Of a DNA stretch of 64,000 nt, positions 38,681 to 51,110 are shown one piece after another (positions within the stretch are counted from its first letter, which is position 1; every line of letters begins with the position of its first letter). The DNA comes from Mobula hypostoma (taxonomy: Eukaryota), in the NCBI RefSeq assembly GCF_963921235.1, contig NC_086097.1, positions 239,260,001 to 239,324,000 on the forward strand, given 5' to 3'. A model generated the notes under the pieces. The model saw only the letters and a list, made by a program, of their open reading frames with translations. It was not told the origin of the DNA and searched no databases. The position numbers and the translations under genes are program-made.

Positions 38681-38869
38681 AGATTAAGTTTAGAAAAGGT
38701 TAAAAGGTCAGCACAACAGCGTCGGGCAACGGTCTGTACTATGCTGTAATGTTCTATCTTTTAAAAAGTCATCTCATTTTAGCTTCTGCGCCCAGATATC
38801 TCTGTTATCTTGACACCCCCCCCCCCCCCCGCCCCAGCTGCCTATGCTTTAATACAATTTATCAAAAAC

Positions 38870-39030
38870 CAACACACATAAAAGTAGCTGGTGAACGCAG
38901 CAGGCTAGGCAGCATATCTAGGAAGAGGTACAGTCGACGTTTCGGCGTGCCTGGCCTGCTGCGTTCACCAACAACTTTTATGGGTGTTGCTTGAAATTCC
39001 AGCATCTGCAGATTTCCTCGTGATTGCGTT
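38870..39030. mobile_element. Penelope-derived palindromic element (centre deleted)
   Basis: Inverted arms of the same family, with TATCAAAAA on both sides (38860-38868, 39036-39044). Confidence 0.8.
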
Positions 39031-40191
39031 TTTAATATCAAAAAACATCCGTTTTTAAACATCTTGGATTGGCGCTCCCGCTTCGTTGTAGTGTCGTCTA
39101 CATTGCTGAAATTAAATACTAGATTAGGTTATTGTCAACATACTAACTTGTTGATTTGGGGGTTTTTTTGTGTTTGCTCAGTTTGCACATTTGGTTGAGA
39201 GTCTCTATATATAGATTTCATTAATTATATTCTATTTTTCTTTCTACTGTGAATGCCTGCAGAAATGAAACCCAGTGTAGTATATGGTGACATGTCCGTA
39301 CTTCGATAATAAATTTACTTTGAATTTTGAACCTTGAACCAGCAGAGTGCAATGAAATTCCTTGATCACAAAGTTACAAATTGTATTCAATGTCAATCTA
39401 TTTTGCATGCTAGCTTGTAGTGCTCTACATGAACAATTCAATGTAAACTGCTATGTCATGCCTCCTCCAAAACACTTAGAGAAATTGCGCTAAAGGGAGA
39501 TGTTCGGGTCGACGCCAAACATTTCTGTTGTGTTCGAGGACGCTATTAGGCATCTTTCAAAGGGTAGCCAGTTCTAAATCACAAGTTAAGGAAGTGCCGA
39601 GTGTGTCCCTTTGCATCTGACAACTGGTTCTTCTATGAGTTGTGTAAAGTTGAATCATTCGAACATGATATAATTAAGCTGTAATTAAGATGTTTTCTCG
39701 TGTTAAACACATTTTCGGATGTTCACAGCGTTCATTAAAAAAAAAGCACAGGTTACTTTATTCAAGTAAAATTATTTAAATACTCTATTTTAACAGACCA
39801 CGAAATTCTACTGGTTCGTGTTCGATTACATGTTTGTTGATAAGTAAAGGAGTTGCAGCCGAACCTTCCAACCAAATAAAACAAAAAAAAAGTTAATGTA
39901 ATTTGGTTGGCAAATGTGTCAGTTTACCTATTCCATTAAAATCAGAGAAAGAATCCCTCGATTAAAAGGCCTCTTTACTGGATGAAAGTGATATAAATTT
40001 CTTCCCGGTATAGTAGTATCGCTAACGTTGTCGATTTCTGCCGAACGCTTTGGCTATTTTCGTACAGGTATTTGTATCACACCGGCCAGCTTACTTTATC
40101 CTCAGTCCACGTACTTAGCAGTTTTTGTTTTTATTGTCTTCCCAAACGTTTCTCAACTTCAAGGTGATAATTCCTCTCTTCGAAGTTATAA

Positions 40192-40195
<4 letters not shown>

Positions 40196-40232
<37 letters not shown>
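40196..40232. repeat. (CA)n microsatellite followed by a Rex1 3' fragment (to about 40765)
   Basis: Directly visible; downstream LLPSGRGYR...TRFRNN. Confidence 0.85.
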
Positions 40233-40234
<2 letters not shown>

Positions 40235-42968
40235 AGTGCTCAGGAATGCAAAAGCCTGCATGGTGGATACAGCCCAGTTCATCACAGGAAAAACTCTCCC
40301 CTTCATTGACCACATCTACAAAGAGTGCTGTCACAAGAAAGCTGCATGTATCATCATCAAGGAACACTATACATTCTTCTCGCTGCTGCCATCAGGAAGA
40401 GGGTACAGGAACTTTAGGTCCCATGCTACCAGATTTCGCAACAACTGTTACCCTTCAACCATCAGGCTCCCTGAACTAGTGTGGACAGCTTCACTCACCA
40501 CTGCACTGAACTGATCACTGAACATGACACATGGATTCACTTTCAAGGACTCTACAACTCTTGTTCTCTGTATCTATCTATCTATTTAGTATTTGCACAG
40601 TTGGCTTTCTTTTACACTTTGGTTGCTTGCCAGTCCTTGTGTGTAGTTTTTCAGTGTTTCTGTTGTACTTCTTTGTTCCACTGTGAATGCCTGCAAGAAA
40701 TTGAATCTCAGGGGTGTATTTGGTGACACACACATACTTCGATAATAAATGTACTTTGAATTTTGAATATATCTCATATCTCTATAATCTCTCATCCTTG
40801 GTAATGCTGGAATTATTCTGTTTTGCCTCCAGGCTACCAATGCCCATTATGCTACTGAAAACCGGACACAGTGTGTCTCCAGCTGAGAACCAACCTGATT
40901 CATTTTCCTTGTCTCTATTTATGAAGTCAAAGATAATGGATACTTCTTGAAATAATATTTTCAATGTATTTGCCATCTTTAAATATCTGGCATGCGAATA
41001 TGTACGACCCTCTTAAGATCGCTCTATTTCTACACCCAGTGGTAACCAATGCCATCGTGTTCATAATATTTTTTCAAAATACATTGCTTCATCTGTATCA
41101 GCATTACATTTCATCTACATGCAATAATATGGCAAGAAATATTATTTTGAAAATAGAACATAGAACAGTACAGCAATTACAACACAGACCTTTCGGCCCT
41201 CGATGTTGACCAAACCTTTTAATCTACTCTAATATCAATCTAACCCTTCCCTTTTACATAACCCTGCAAGTTTTTTTTCACCCTAATTTAAGAGTATCTG
41301 AAATATCCCTAAGATATGAGCCTTTACCACCATCAGTGGCAGCGTGTTCCCTGCTCCAACCACTCCGTAAAAAAAAAACTACCACTGACATCTGCTTATA
41401 TTTTCATCACCTTAAAATTATGTCCCCTCCTATTAGGCATTTCCTCCTTGGGGGAAATAAGTCGATTGCTGCCACGATTTATGCCTCATTATCATCTTCA
41501 AATTAAAGCTCTTCCCTCCATGTTGCATTGTTGCGGGAAAGCAGCATCTATCATCAGGGACTCCTATCACCAAGGACTTGCTCTCGTCTCGCTGCTGCCA
41601 TCAGGAAGAAGATACAGGCGCCTCGGTCAGGAACAGTTATTACCCCTCAACCATCAGGCTCTTGAACCAAAGGGGGTAACTTCACTTCTTCCATCACTGA
41701 AATGTTTCCACAAACAATGGACTCACTTCCAAGGACACTTCATCTCATGTCCTCCCTATGTATTGCTTATTTATTTATTTATTATTATGTTTTTCTTTTT
41801 GCATTTGCAGAGCTTGTTTTATTTTGCGCACTAGTTGAACTCCCAAGTTGGTGCGGTTTTTGATTGACTCTATTATGGTTATTATTCTATTCTGATGCGT
41901 GGAGAGAGGACAACAGCTTACTCTCCATATCGCCATTCCCAGGTTTGCAGCTAGGACGCAACATCCACAGTAGACTCTGACCGACAGAGGTCTCACTAGC
42001 TGGATTTATTGAGTATGCCCGCAAGGAAATGTTTCTCAGGGTTGTACATGTGTACTTTTATAATAAATTTACGTTGACCTTTGAACTTTATACATCTCCA
42101 TCAAACACGGTCCAATCCAAAGAGAAAGCCTTAGCCTGCTCAATCTATCCTCAAAAGACCTGCCCTCTGTTCCAAGCATCATACTGGTAAATCTCCTCTG
42201 CGTCTGATTAACATCCTTCCCGAATTATCACCACTTTGACCACTATGCACTTAACGGCTTTCGTTTTATTTTGACATAATTGTGTTTTCTTGTAAAAATC
42301 GTGTATAGTGTCCTTTTTTTTTGTGAATGCTATTTATATGATGCTATGTGTCAATGATGTGGCCGCGAGCAAGCTTTTCGTTGCACTTGCGCATACGCCA
42401 GTAAACTCCGATTTTGAAGCTGATATCCCCATGTCCCGAACTTGAAATTATCTGTGTCCACTTTACATACCCCCCCCATGTCATTTTATGAAGAGTCAGT
42501 GCTTCTAAAAACAACCCCTGGGTGAGAATCCTGTAAACTTCTGTGCAGCATGTAGAACAGTCACTCGCCCGTACTAGCTGCTTTTTGACTTTTTGCCAAA
42601 CTGTACTTGGACTGAAATAGCAAATTGAAACCTTCAGTATTGCTTTGTTTGTACCTGCAGGTAAAGAAGCTCATAGCGCGCAACAGTGAGGCATATAACT
42701 ATTTCCCAAAGCAAGCGGCCAAACAGCACATCTTTGACTGGTTTTGATACCCGCGAGCAAAGCTGCATCTGCTTGGTTGAAAATACTGTCGCATTACTTT
42801 TGCTTATTTAACTCTTAATGTCATTAGTCCTGGCAGTAGTTTTGATCAAAGTTAGGGGCACGGTTATCTTTACCGATCCTCATTTTGTCGGTTCATTTCA
42901 TTACTGCTTCACCAGAATTGAACAGTTACAAAATACACGTGGACTAAGATGTTAACTGTCCTGTGCTA

Positions 42969-43087
42969 TCACCAGTGGGATCATCAGTTGATCTGCCACC
43001 TGTCTTCAGGAGTTTCGGTCCGCTTATGATCAAGACTCCTTGGAGGTGGTAGGCCAGCAGTGCTAAAGCACTGACTCCCACTGGTGA
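42969..43087 (-). ncRNA. Candidate non-circularly permuted (pseudoknotted) hammerhead-like RNA in the Hero 3' UTR
   Basis: AGGAGUC^UUGAUC ... GAAACUCCU ... GAUCAA-CUGAUGA, with perfect stems III and I plus additional 12-bp, 6-bp and 6-bp helices. Confidence 0.65.
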
Positions 43088-43209
43088 GCTTAAATACTTG
43101 GCATCTGCCTCTATCAGAGTTGTTGGTCACTTCCATCCAACAGATAGTCTGCTCTTCAGGTGTCTATGCAACTATTGAAGGGTTTGCAAGATATGTATAC
43201 ACTGTCCGA

Positions 43210-44675
43210 CTATCTGCCCCTCTGGACATACTTGGTCCACACCCATGCAGACCCTTTCTCTGCTGCCTTCTGCTACAGTCCTGCTGGTTGACTTGACCTC
43301 TCTTCTAGTGAAGCCAAGATCATGCAGCCACTTCTGGAAAGTGAACGCAATAAACCCACGGCAGCCTACTTCGAATGGATAGCATGAGACCTTCCACCCT
43401 CTGTCTCTGCACTCTGATCTTAACTCTGCATACTTGGTTAACTTGCGCTCATGGGCTTCATCGATGGGCTTCCCAGGGGACTGTGAGTTCACCAATAACC
43501 GCTTCTCTACTGGTGTCAGACCATACGATTATATCTGGACGCAATGTTGTGAAAGCTGTTTGCTCCGGGAAACTGCATTTCCCGTCCAAGTCAGCCTTGA
43601 CACACCAATCATTGGCTGAAGAAAGTATGCTTGATCGTGAGCCTATGCTGTACACCCTTGACTTGGAGCCTTCTTTCACAAATGATATGCGATGTTCTGT
43701 GCAACATGGGGCATGAGATAAGTTGTGCTGCAGTACTCTCTGCTCAACCGCTTCTATTACAACTTTGAGAACGTTGTTAGGTCTCCAAGTGTACATGCCG
43801 CTGGTAAGATTGACTCTGCATGCACTCAAAATATGTTGAAGTGTTCCCTTCTCGCCACAAGCAGCACACCTGTCTGTCTTATCTTCATACCAGGTGCTGA
43901 GGTTGGCAGGTGTTGGGAGCAGATCGTACGCTGCTCTGCATAGAAAAGAAATGCGGAGCGGTTCCATCTGCCACAGAACATTCCAAGATAGATATCTTTG
44001 TTCAACACTTTTCCACCGGATCCAAGCGCCTTGTTTGGCCAGGCCAGATGTTTTAGTTAACCTCTTCCCCTCTTCTACCTCTCGTATTTCTTGTGCTACA
44101 AGCTCACGGCGCTCCTCACCTGTAGAAGATGACCACCACTTGTGGGTTGTCCATCCAAGTCCCTGGCGGCCTAGCTGGATAGCCCCAACCGTCTCCTTGT
44201 GCTTCAATCTAGACTCTGCCTCATCAACTGCTACACGGGCTGACCACTTCCTGCCTGATCTCACATCCGGCTGGGTGTTCTTGATGACAAGGTCTTTTGA
44301 GTCTCGAAGCATCAAGAATGATCTTACCTTGGCTACCATGACCTCCTCAACAAGGGATTGCACTGGGATGGTAAGCTTTGTCTGGCTACTGTGGATTGCA
44401 ACATTGGTGAGGCTGCTCGGTACTCCAAGCCACTTCTTCACATACTTGTTGATCTTCTGTTCCATTGCCTCAACATGGGACATTGCCACTTCATAGACAG
44501 TTAGTGGCCACATTATCCGTGGCATCAGTCCGTACTGCAAGCACCACAACTTCAACTTGCCAGGCAAGCCACACTTGTCAACAGACATTAGACCTCTGCT
44601 GATCTGTTCTCCTGTCTCTTGAACCCTCTTGGTGTCTCTCAGCTCCTTTGTGTACCATCGCCCGAGGCTCTTAAC
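43210..44675 (-). pseudogene. Hero polyprotein C-terminal part (RT thumb, CCHC knuckle, RLE endonuclease) with two frameshifts
   Basis: VKSLGRWY...LPGKLKLWCLQYGLMPRIMWPL...YDLLPTPANL...CAACGEKGTLQHILSAC...WRPNNVL...RPDIIVW...ELTVPWE / AHERKLTKY...PFEVGCRGF / AAEKGSAWVWTKYVQRGR*. Confidence 0.88.
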
Positions 44676-44984
44676 ATATTAAATACAGAGCTAGCCTATG
44701 TCTCCGAAACTATCGTGTTTTTTTTTCCTTAAACCACCAGTGGTTGGAGCTGGCTGTCTCTTGCCTCTCTAACTGGTGGGCTGCCGCAGGGATCAGCGCT
44801 GGGTCTGTTGTTGTTTGTCATGTGTGTCAACGATCTGGCTGATAATATGGTAGTCAGTAATCGAGTAAACTGGTAAACTAGTAGCAGGAAGCGGTAAAAT
44901 GGGCCAGCAAATTTGCAGATGACAACATGCTAGTGGACAGCGAGGAAGGCTATCAAAGCTATATAAACTTACGAGGGGTATCAT

Positions 44985-45925
44985 TATTACGTGTCGTGTT
45001 GTATGACGTGGTCGATCAAGATCTCACGACTAGGATTGTTTTTGGCAATTTTTTTCTACAGAAGTGGTTTGCCATTGCCTTCTTCTGGGCAGTGTATTTA
45101 CAAGACGTCTGACCCCAGCCATTATCAATATTCTTCGGAGATTATCTGCCTGGCGTCAGTGGTTGCATAACCGGGACTTGGGATATGCACCAGCTGCTCA
45201 TACAACCATCTACCACCAGCTCCCATGGTTTCAGGTGACTCTGATTCGGGGGGGGGGGGAGGGGTGTATGGGGTGTCTGAGGAGGGGTAGCACCTCTTCC
45301 GTGCCCTTTTTCCGGGCAGCTCGTCACCTTTGGTCCCCACCTGGCGCTCATCTCTCACCTGTGACTCCAAGTAGCTGTAACACACGCAGCGGGCACACCC
45401 CGCTAAACTGTCTCGGCAGTCGGGCCAAACCAGGTGAGGGTAGCCGGCAGGTCTTCGACCCTCGGTGAGGTGGGGGATCTGCCTGTCCCAGCGTGTGAAG
45501 TCTGGCCCTGGCAGATGGAACGGAGGAGACCGATTAATGGTCCAACGGTCAAGAAGGCAGGCCAGCAGGCGTTGGTGGAGCGCTAAGAGCACGACAAGGC
45601 ACTTAGGCGTCCTGGTCATCCACTTGCAAGAGGTGGTGATCTCTTTAAACTCACCCGGCAGTAGGCAAAGGCAACCCACTGCTGTAACCTGCCGAGTACA
45701 TGATTTCCCAACATGTCAGAGCGGCGTGGAGGGAAATAGGGAAATTGTCCGCCAACTGGAATTTCCAGATGCGACCTAATGCGAGTGAGCGATTGGGGGG
45801 AGGGGAGGTGGTGTGGTGGCTAAGCAGAGGCTACTCCTTGCCCAAGGGGGTGACCTGCAGGCTAGCGGAGGGATGGAGCGCCTTAACACCGCCTGTGGTA
45901 GAGACGAATCCCCAATGGCTACCCA
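44985..45925. mobile_element. RTE-related element (minus) with a second RTE-related element (plus, 45265-45794) nested in its G-run
   Basis: The host is collinear with the uninterrupted 38305-38680 copy. The insert is flanked by GGGGGGAGGGG (45254-45264, 45795-45805) and contains GGCAAAGGCAACCCACTG. Confidence 0.65.
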
Positions 45926-46299
45926 AAGGGGTATAAATGCAAGCAGAGTATTTCCACTGAGGTTGCGTGAGACTAGAACTAGAGATCGTATGTTGAGGGT
46001 CAAATGTGAAATATTTAATAAGTACCTGAAGGGAACGTTGACAGACCTTAAACTTCGCGGATGAATCAACTGCAGTTCATCTAATCTCTAGTACTAATGC
46101 GACCTGCTATCGAAGACAGGCGGACCGTCTTGCAGCGCGGTGTGCTCGTAGCAACTTGCAGTTTAATGCTATCAAGAAAGTGGAAAAGAGGATCTACTTT
46201 TGCCGACAACCTGACTCCCGTCACCCCCACACCCATGAAAATTAATGGACAGGCTGAGTCTGGGACACAAACACTAGAAAAATCAGACGTTGGACATCA

Positions 46300-46530
46300 A
46301 AAGCAACCGCACAACGTGTCAGCAGGCCAGGCAGCATCTATGGAAAAGAGTAAACAGTCGACACTTCGGGCCGAGACCCTTCATCGGGGTTTATCGTGTA
46401 TCGCTTATGAGTTTATAGTGAATGCTGTGTGTCCTGATGAAGGCTCCCGGCCCGAAAAGTCGACTGTTTAGCTTTTTCCTTAAATGCTGCCTGGCCTGCC
46501 GAGTTCCTCCTGCATTTTGTGTGTGATGCT
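46300..46530. mobile_element. Penelope-derived palindrome with a hammerhead skeleton on each arm
   Basis: Plus arm CTGATGA(46434-46440)AGGCTCCCGGCCCGAAAAGTCGAC; the mirror copy lies at about 46355-46388. Confidence 0.8.
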
Positions 46531-46626
46531 GAGGCTGTGTCTGTGCTCAAGTCATTCAAATTCCTGAGGGCTACCATTACTAATACACTGAAGTGCGAGA
46601 AGCACGTTACGCTCTTCACCAGGAAA

Positions 46627-48282
46627 AAGACCTAAAGACCTAGGGTAATGGATGAATTGAAGGAAATTTATATTAGGCAGGAAATGGTGTTGGATAGACT
46701 GTTGGGTCTGAAGGCTGATAAGTCTCCGGGACCTGATGGTCTGCATCCCAGGGTACTTAAGGAGGAGGCTTTAGAAATCGTGGACGCATTGGTAATCATT
46801 TTCCATAGATTCAGGATCAGTTCCTGTGGATTGGAGGGTGGATCATGTTGTCCCTCTCTTCAAGAAGGGAGGAAGAGAGAAAACAGGGAATTATAGACCA
46901 GTTAGCCTGACGTCGATGGTGGAAAAGATGCTGGAGTCAATTATAAAAGATGAAATTACGACACATCTGGATAGTAGTAACAGGTCCGAGTCAGCATGGA
47001 TTTACAAAGGGGAAATCGTGCTTGACTAATCTCCTGGAATATTTTGAAGATGTAACTATGAAAATGGATAAGGGTGAACCAGTGGATGTAGTGTACCTGA
47101 ACTTTCAGAAAGCCTTTGATAAAGTCCCACATTGGAGATTAGTGGGCAAAATTAGGGCACATGGTATTGGGGGCAGAGTACTGACATGGATTGAAAATTG
47201 GCTGGCTGACAGAAAACAAAGAGTCGCGATTAACGGGTCCCTTTCGGAATGGCAGGCGGTGACCAGTGGGGTACCGCAGGGTTCAGTGCTGGGACCGCAG
47301 CTGTTTACAATATATATTAATGATTTAGATGAGGGAATTAAAAGTGACGTTAGCAAATTTGCCGATGACACAAAGCTGGGAGGCAGTGTGAAATGTGAGG
47401 AGGATGTTATGAGAATGCAGGGTGACTTGGACAGGCTGGGTGAGTGGGCAGATTCATGGCAGACGCAGTTTAATGTGGATAATTGTGAGGTTATCCACTT
47501 TGGTGGTAAGAACGGGAAGGCGGATTATTATCTAAATGGAGTCAAGTTAGGAAAAGAGGAAACACAACGAGATCTAGGTATTCTTGTACATCAGTCACTG
47601 AAAGCAAGCATGCAAGTACAGCAGGCAGTGAAAAAAGCTAATGGCATGCTGGCCTTCATAACAAGGGGAATTGAGTATAAGAGCAAAGAGGTCCTTCTGC
47701 AGCTGTACAGGGCCCTGGTGAGACCACACCTGGACTACTGTGTGCAGTTTTGGTCTCCAAATTTGAGGAAGGACATTCTTGCTATTGAGGGAGTGCAGCG
47801 TAGGTTCACAAGGTTAATTCCCGGGATGGCGGGACTGCCATATGTCGAAAGATTGGAGCGACTGGGCTTGTATACTCTGGAATTTAGAAGGCTGAGCGGG
47901 GATCTTCTTGAAACATATAAGATTATTAAGGGCTTGGACACGCTGCAGGCAGGAAGCATGTTCCCGCTGATGGGTGAGTCCAGAACCAGAGGCCACAGTT
48001 TAAGAATTAGGGGTAGGCCATTTAGAATGGAGTTGAGGAAAAACTTTTTCACCCAGAGAGTGGTGGATATATGGAATGCTCTGTCCCAGAAGGCTGTGGA
48101 GGCCAAGTCTCTGGATGCTTTCAAAAAAGAGATGGATAGAGCTCTTAAAGATAGTGGAATCAAAGGTTATGGGGATAAGGCAGGAACTGGATACTGATAG
48201 TGGATGATCAGCCATGATCACAGTGAATGACGGTGCTGGATCGAAGGGCCGAATGGCCTACTCCTGCACCTATTGTCTATTG
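46627..48282 (+). mobile_element. Young 5'-truncated CR1 LINE (RT domain open over 46950-48197), inserted in a Rex1-like fragment
   Basis: QHGFTKGKSCLTNL, VTSGVPQGSVLGP, SKFADDTKL and RPHLDYCVQFW motifs, then a CR1 3' UTR. Confidence 0.95.
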
Positions 48283-49169
48283 AAAGCCAGCGGAGGTTTT
48301 TTCCTGCGGCATTTTAGGAAACTTCACATCTCAGGGCACATCCTAATGAATTTTTACTCAGCCATCATTGAGTGTGTTGTGACCACATCTAGCAAAATTT
48401 GCTTTCCACCACCACCACCTCCCACCCCACCTCACCCCCACTCCCTTTCCAATCGCAGGTTGTAGCGAATGGTGCCCTCAGCGGCAATAGTCAGCTGCCG
48501 ACATCAAAAGACTTGTTTATCGCCAGACGGAAGAAAAACAGAACTCACTCCACCCACCCCTGCAGTCACCTATTCACCAAGATTGCTACCAGGGAGACGC
48601 TAAAAGTCCATCACCACCAGAAATACACGTAATCTCCGAAGCTTCTTTCCTGTAGCTATCCAGCTTCTCAACACAACTCACTTAGGTGTAATAGCCTAAC
48701 TGTTCCTGCAGAACATCCGTTAAATGATCCTTCCTGTTCTTCTTGTTCTGATGATAATTATTGAGCCTGTTCACAAGTATTTAAGTTTGATTAGTGACCG
48801 TTTGTTGAGGGCTCGTGTCTGTTTGCATTATTGTCTCGTAAATTATTAGTTACTGTTCTATTGTCTGTTATGGTTATGATATTGTCCTGTGTTTTATGCT
48901 TGGCATCGAACCTTAATGAATTCTGGTATGTTTCACATACTGGCTATAAAGTGATTCTGATTTTGAACATGGTATAAGCTGCCAGCGGAAATAGTGGATG
49001 CGAGTTCCATCTCAACATTTAAGAGAAATTTGGATAAGTACATGGATGAGAGCTGTATCCAAGCGCAGGTCGATGGGACTAGGCAGAATAATTGTTCGGT
49101 ACACACTAGATGGGCTAAAGGGCCTGTTTCAGTGCCGTAGTGCTCTATGACTCAATGAGTTGCATTTTT

Positions 49170-49670
49170 TTTATTGAGGCCCTCCGTTGGTCAGGGTCGA
49201 ACACGGATCTTCGTGTAGCAGGCTCCCCCTCTCCCCGCAGCTGATGAATCCAAAGGAGAGGAAGAGACCAGTTTAGCACCAGCAGCGTCGCAGGAGTTGC
49301 CAGTCAGCATTGAGTTCAGCGTAGGGCTGCTTTAGGAACAGCAACTCCTGATTTTTTTTTCCCCTGGAGGTTTACTCCCGAAGCCTTCTTCATAAGTGGA
49401 CATAGCTACAAGGCAGCAGTGACTTGAGACCACAGTTTACCTTCTCCGCGAAGAGCTGCTAACAAGGTCTCATCTGCCCCAAGCGACTAGTTTCAAGGTG
49501 CCAGTAACCCGGTTGCTTTAGATGTCCAACATCTGTTGCCTCGGGTTTAGTAGCTTAGCTATATATGATTACCAGGAGCTCGACTTTGTTGTCAGGAGTC
49601 TATTGAGACGCACGCCATTGGGAGCATATAATAGGTAGTGGAAGATAATCCCCACTACCACCCTAGCCAT
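49170..49670 (-). mobile_element. RTE-derived non-autonomous element (homologue of 25800-26375)
   Basis: Reverse-complement collinearity, e.g. CAGCTGATGAATCCAAAGGA and AAGGTGCCAGTAACCCG. Confidence 0.65.
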
Positions 49671-50818
49671 AACTATTTCAAGGAACCTGCATTTTTCTAT
49701 AGTTATTTGGAATTTAAAACAGGTAGTTTTAATTATAGTTTGAATTACACCCAGGAGATCTAGGGGTTGGCTCCATCTCAAGTTTGGTGCGGATGTCAGA
49801 GTAGTTGAGTAACACAGCGCGAAACAAGCCTTTTGTCCCACCTCATCCACGTCGAACCAAGATGCCCTTCAAACCTCAACCTATTTGCCCTTGTTTGGCC
49901 CATATCCCCCAAAGCTTTCCTATTCATGCCCTTGTCACAGGGTCTTTTAATTGAAGTAATTGTGCCTTGCTCAGCCACTTCCTCTAATTTTTGCTAAATG
50001 GTAGAGATACCTGTAACTTGTTCCATAGACTCAACAGCCTCGGCATAAAGATGTTGTTCCTCACTCCTTCTTAAATCTTTCCCTTGTTACTTTAAATGCG
50101 TGCTCTCCAGGTTTTGATTGCCTCTTCCTGGGACGAAAAGAACGAGTCCATTTACACTATAAATGCTTCTATTGATTTTACATTCGTCACTACTCAGTCT
50201 CCTACACGCCAGTGAATAAACTGGTCGACTGTCTAACCTCTCCTTACAACTCGGACACTCAAGTATTGGCAATATTGTCAATATTGTTGTAAACCTTCTT
50301 TCCATCTCTTAGTTATAAAAAAAAGTACATTCCTGACCATCCTTGACCACTTTGATGTGTAAACATGCACTTATGTTAAGGACCCGTCTTCTTCAGACAG
50401 TCTTGCAGAAGACAGGCGTTTAGAAAGTCTACAAGAGTGCCAAATTAGATATATCGGGAAGAATGCGCTGTATTTCCCGCTGCTTTCAGTAGATGCATTA
50501 TAATTTGAATGCGACGTACAACCAGGAACGGGTTAATGTTTGTTTCTGTTCCAGAGGACACGGCCGCAGAATGCACCAATGTTCATTTTAGAAGGGAAAT
50601 GAGGAGGAATTCCCTCAGCCAGATGATGTTGAATCTGTGGAATTCGTTGCCACCGGCGGCTGTGGAGGCCAAGTCATTGGGTACATTTAGAACCGAGGCT
50701 GATAGGTCCTTGATTAGTCAGGGCGTGAAAGGTTACGGGGACAAGGGCGGAGAGGGAAATAGATCAACTATGACTAGAGTAGACTCGAAGAGGCAAATAG
50801 CGTAATTCTGCTCTTGTA

Positions 50819-51110
50819 CCAGGGGTGATTGATACGTTCGTGGCCTAAGGTCGAAGGAGTCAATTTTAGAAAACCCAGCACATTTATTGTTCAACGTAGT
50901 CCCCTCCTACATTTACACACTTAGTCCAGCGGTCGTGGAGCACACGGATCCCTTCCTTGTAGAAGTCGGCGTCTTGGACCTCCAGAGTGGTCCATAGCAG
51001 GGGTGATTGATAAGTTCGTAGCCTAAGATAGAAGGAGATGAGTTACACAGCTGTCGTTACATACACGTGCAGTTCAACTCTGAGTGGTGATGCAGAAAGT
51101 CATCTCCTTC
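50819..51110. mobile_element. Second copy of the mariner derivative (one end eroded)
   Basis: TA plus TIR. Minus strand encodes FYKEGIRVLHDRWTKCVNVGGDYVEQ*. Confidence 0.85.

Larger units (their letters stand above)
42925..44675 (-). mobile_element. 5'-truncated Hero-clade non-LTR retrotransposon (restriction-like endonuclease, R2 group)
   Basis: Coding remnant 44675-43210 plus a structured 3' UTR of about 280 nt. Confidence 0.85.

Noticed and set aside
42638..42666. Possible recursive splice site (TTTGTTTGTACCTGCAG|GTAAAG)
   Set aside because: Short motif expected by chance, and no host gene or strand is established.
45810..45928. HDV-like fold at the 5' end (minus) of the host RTE-related element
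   Set aside because: A P1-like pairing and a hairpin are visible, but P2/P3 and the catalytic junction could not be assigned.
46950..48197. 415-aa ORF as a host gene or autonomous element
   Set aside because: It is a 5'-truncated CR1 RT lacking the endonuclease and ORF1, with a frameshift just upstream.
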